NCBI RefSeq assembly: GCF_036321535.1
Contig: NC_087447.1
Location: 40,302,001 to 40,366,000 of the forward strand
Source of the DNA: Camelus dromedarius
Lineage: Eukaryota
Length of the DNA: 64,000 bases
Direction: 5' to 3'
Shown piece after piece: positions 62,344 to 64,000 of this stretch (position 1 is the stretch's first letter; each line of letters begins with the position of its first letter). The notes beneath the pieces were generated by a model. That model saw only the letters and a list, made by a program, of their open reading frames with translations. It was not told where the DNA came from and did no database searches. The translations under genes and the position numbers were made by a program.

Positions 62344-64000
62344 GGATAAACGTCTGAGTCCTCGATGGTGTTGAGGAGGGAAGTAGTCCTGCTGTCAACT
62401 TCCGGACTCCTTCTAAAATAAACCATTAACACGATAAAGTTGAAACCAGAAACAACAGTCAAAAGGGGAACAAAGTGCAGCTTTATGAATCCTAACCCAC
62501 CCCTTTTCTCACCCTCAGTGGGAAAGCAAGATTAGAAAATGAAGTGTTTGGGCGTGTGGTGCTGGCTCAGAGTCCGGGCCCCACCTTCCGCACAGATGAG
62601 TGGCAGTCCCGTCCACCCACATAGCCTTAGACTGAACCAGAAGAGGAGTGCGATGGGACAAAAATAATGGCCGCCGACTCCCCCCAGGGTCCCCTCTTCC
62701 TGTTCTGTTCCTGCTCCCTCTCGTTACCCCTCCCAGGGTCTGGCTTCTCCAGACTCTGGTTCTTTGGGCTTTTGCCACAGTCGGGAGAAAGGGGTGCAGG
62801 CAGAAGGATGAGCGCTGGAGGGAAGCCAGGGGGCGGCTGCGGTGGGAAGAGTGGGACCAAGGGCAGTCAGTAGTCCTGTGGGCTGTGCGTCCCCCTCAGG
62901 TAGTCAGGAGGTGCAACTCCATTAGAGATTAGAGATTGTTTTAGTAGCCAGACTGGGTTTCTAAGGCCAGAGAGCCAGCAGCTGTGCAGCTGGGCACCTC
63001 CATGCAGGGCTTGCTAAGAGGTGGGCCTGCAGCAGCAGCAGCTCAGTTGCTCTATATAAAGAGAAGTCGTAAGAAGTCCCCTTTTGGGAGATCAGGGTTT
63101 GGAAGACAGGTTATTTTCCTGGGGGGTGGAGTGGGGTGGGAATTAGACTTATTCTAAAGTGGGGAGGGGGGAAACTAGACTTTTTCCTTTGGCTAAAACC
63201 TACAGGAGGAACTTCTAGAGAAATACTCATAAACTTTGTATGGGAGCTATTGACATTTCAAAGAGGGGATGACTGTGTAGAAACTGCAGGACTAATACAG
63301 GAGGAGCATCAGGAACAGATGACTGGATGGAGTAGCGAGGCAGGGGAAGGCAGAGGCAAGGAAGATGGATTACTATTGCACCCACAACTCCAGACATACG
63401 GGCATGGAAGAAACAGGAAACTAAGGGCTGAAGACTTGGCAGGGGCCAGTGCAGCCTGGCATGAAGTGGTACACATTTCACAGGAATGTCTCTCACCAGC
63501 AGGAAATTAGGAAAGGATAGTCAAGTTTTATAAGGGACCACCAATGCTGTTAGGAGCTGAGTGCTTGGCTGTTAGGACCTGTAGGGTGTTTACCTTCTAT
63601 GAGTTAATGGTGATCAGGTAAAGGGGGACAGTAACCTCACCACCACCACCCAGCAGGAAGCTGCTCTTTTCCCTTCTTCCTTACCTCTTCCATCATTCAT
63701 AGAGCTGATACAGAAAGAGCCAGTGGGGAGATCTCTGACCACAGCCTTCTACCTTCTCCAAGCACATCCAGTAGGCACTGTGGGTGGTGGGGGGAAGAGC
63801 TCTGAAATCAAATGACTGAAAAACTTTTAACAAGATCAGATTGTTTGAATAATGCAAAGTGAATTAAAAGTTACAGGGTTGCACAAGAGCTTGAAGAGAG
63901 TTTGCTTCCAGTGGGAAACAGCATTCGCCAAAACACAGTTGGCAGAGTTACTAGAAAAACAGAACCACTGCATATTTGTATCTCAACAAGGTGATACTTC

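Noticed and set aside
63800..64000. Possible 3' end of the tail-to-tail neighbour gene (USP47 in human, from recalled synteny)
   Set aside because: No exon or clear minus-strand polyA signal can be identified within the window.

Overview
Mammalian genomic DNA carrying one complete protein-coding gene, DKK3 (Dickkopf-3), on the + strand. Its seven coding exons (19572-19784, 25907-26044, 28594-28677, 55450-55542, 56667-56811, 57755-57911, 58735-58954) all have GT-AG junctions and splice to 1050 nt, i.e. 349 aa plus stop. The protein has a signal peptide, an acidic N-terminal region and two 10-Cys domains. The gene has a CpG-island promoter with a probable upstream non-coding exon, a ~26.8 kb third coding intron and a ~1.4 kb 3'UTR. 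tRNA-Ala-derived SINEs resembling vic-1 suggest a camelid host (inference). The rest is typical repeat-rich mammalian DNA: L1, L2 and MIR fragments, MaLR/ERV solo LTRs, DNA transposon relics and microsatellites. I found no convincing new biological system. The best leads are a convergent CTCF motif pair around the promoter, a cluster of five LTRs upstream of it, a Gly-to-Arg change at a family-conserved DKK position, an in-frame tandem splice acceptor, an exon-initial Met that could start a signal-less isoform, and a triple-nested transposon with an unexplained ~95 bp insert. Repeat family names come from recalled consensus sequences, not from a database search, and repeat boundaries are approximate unless TSDs are given.
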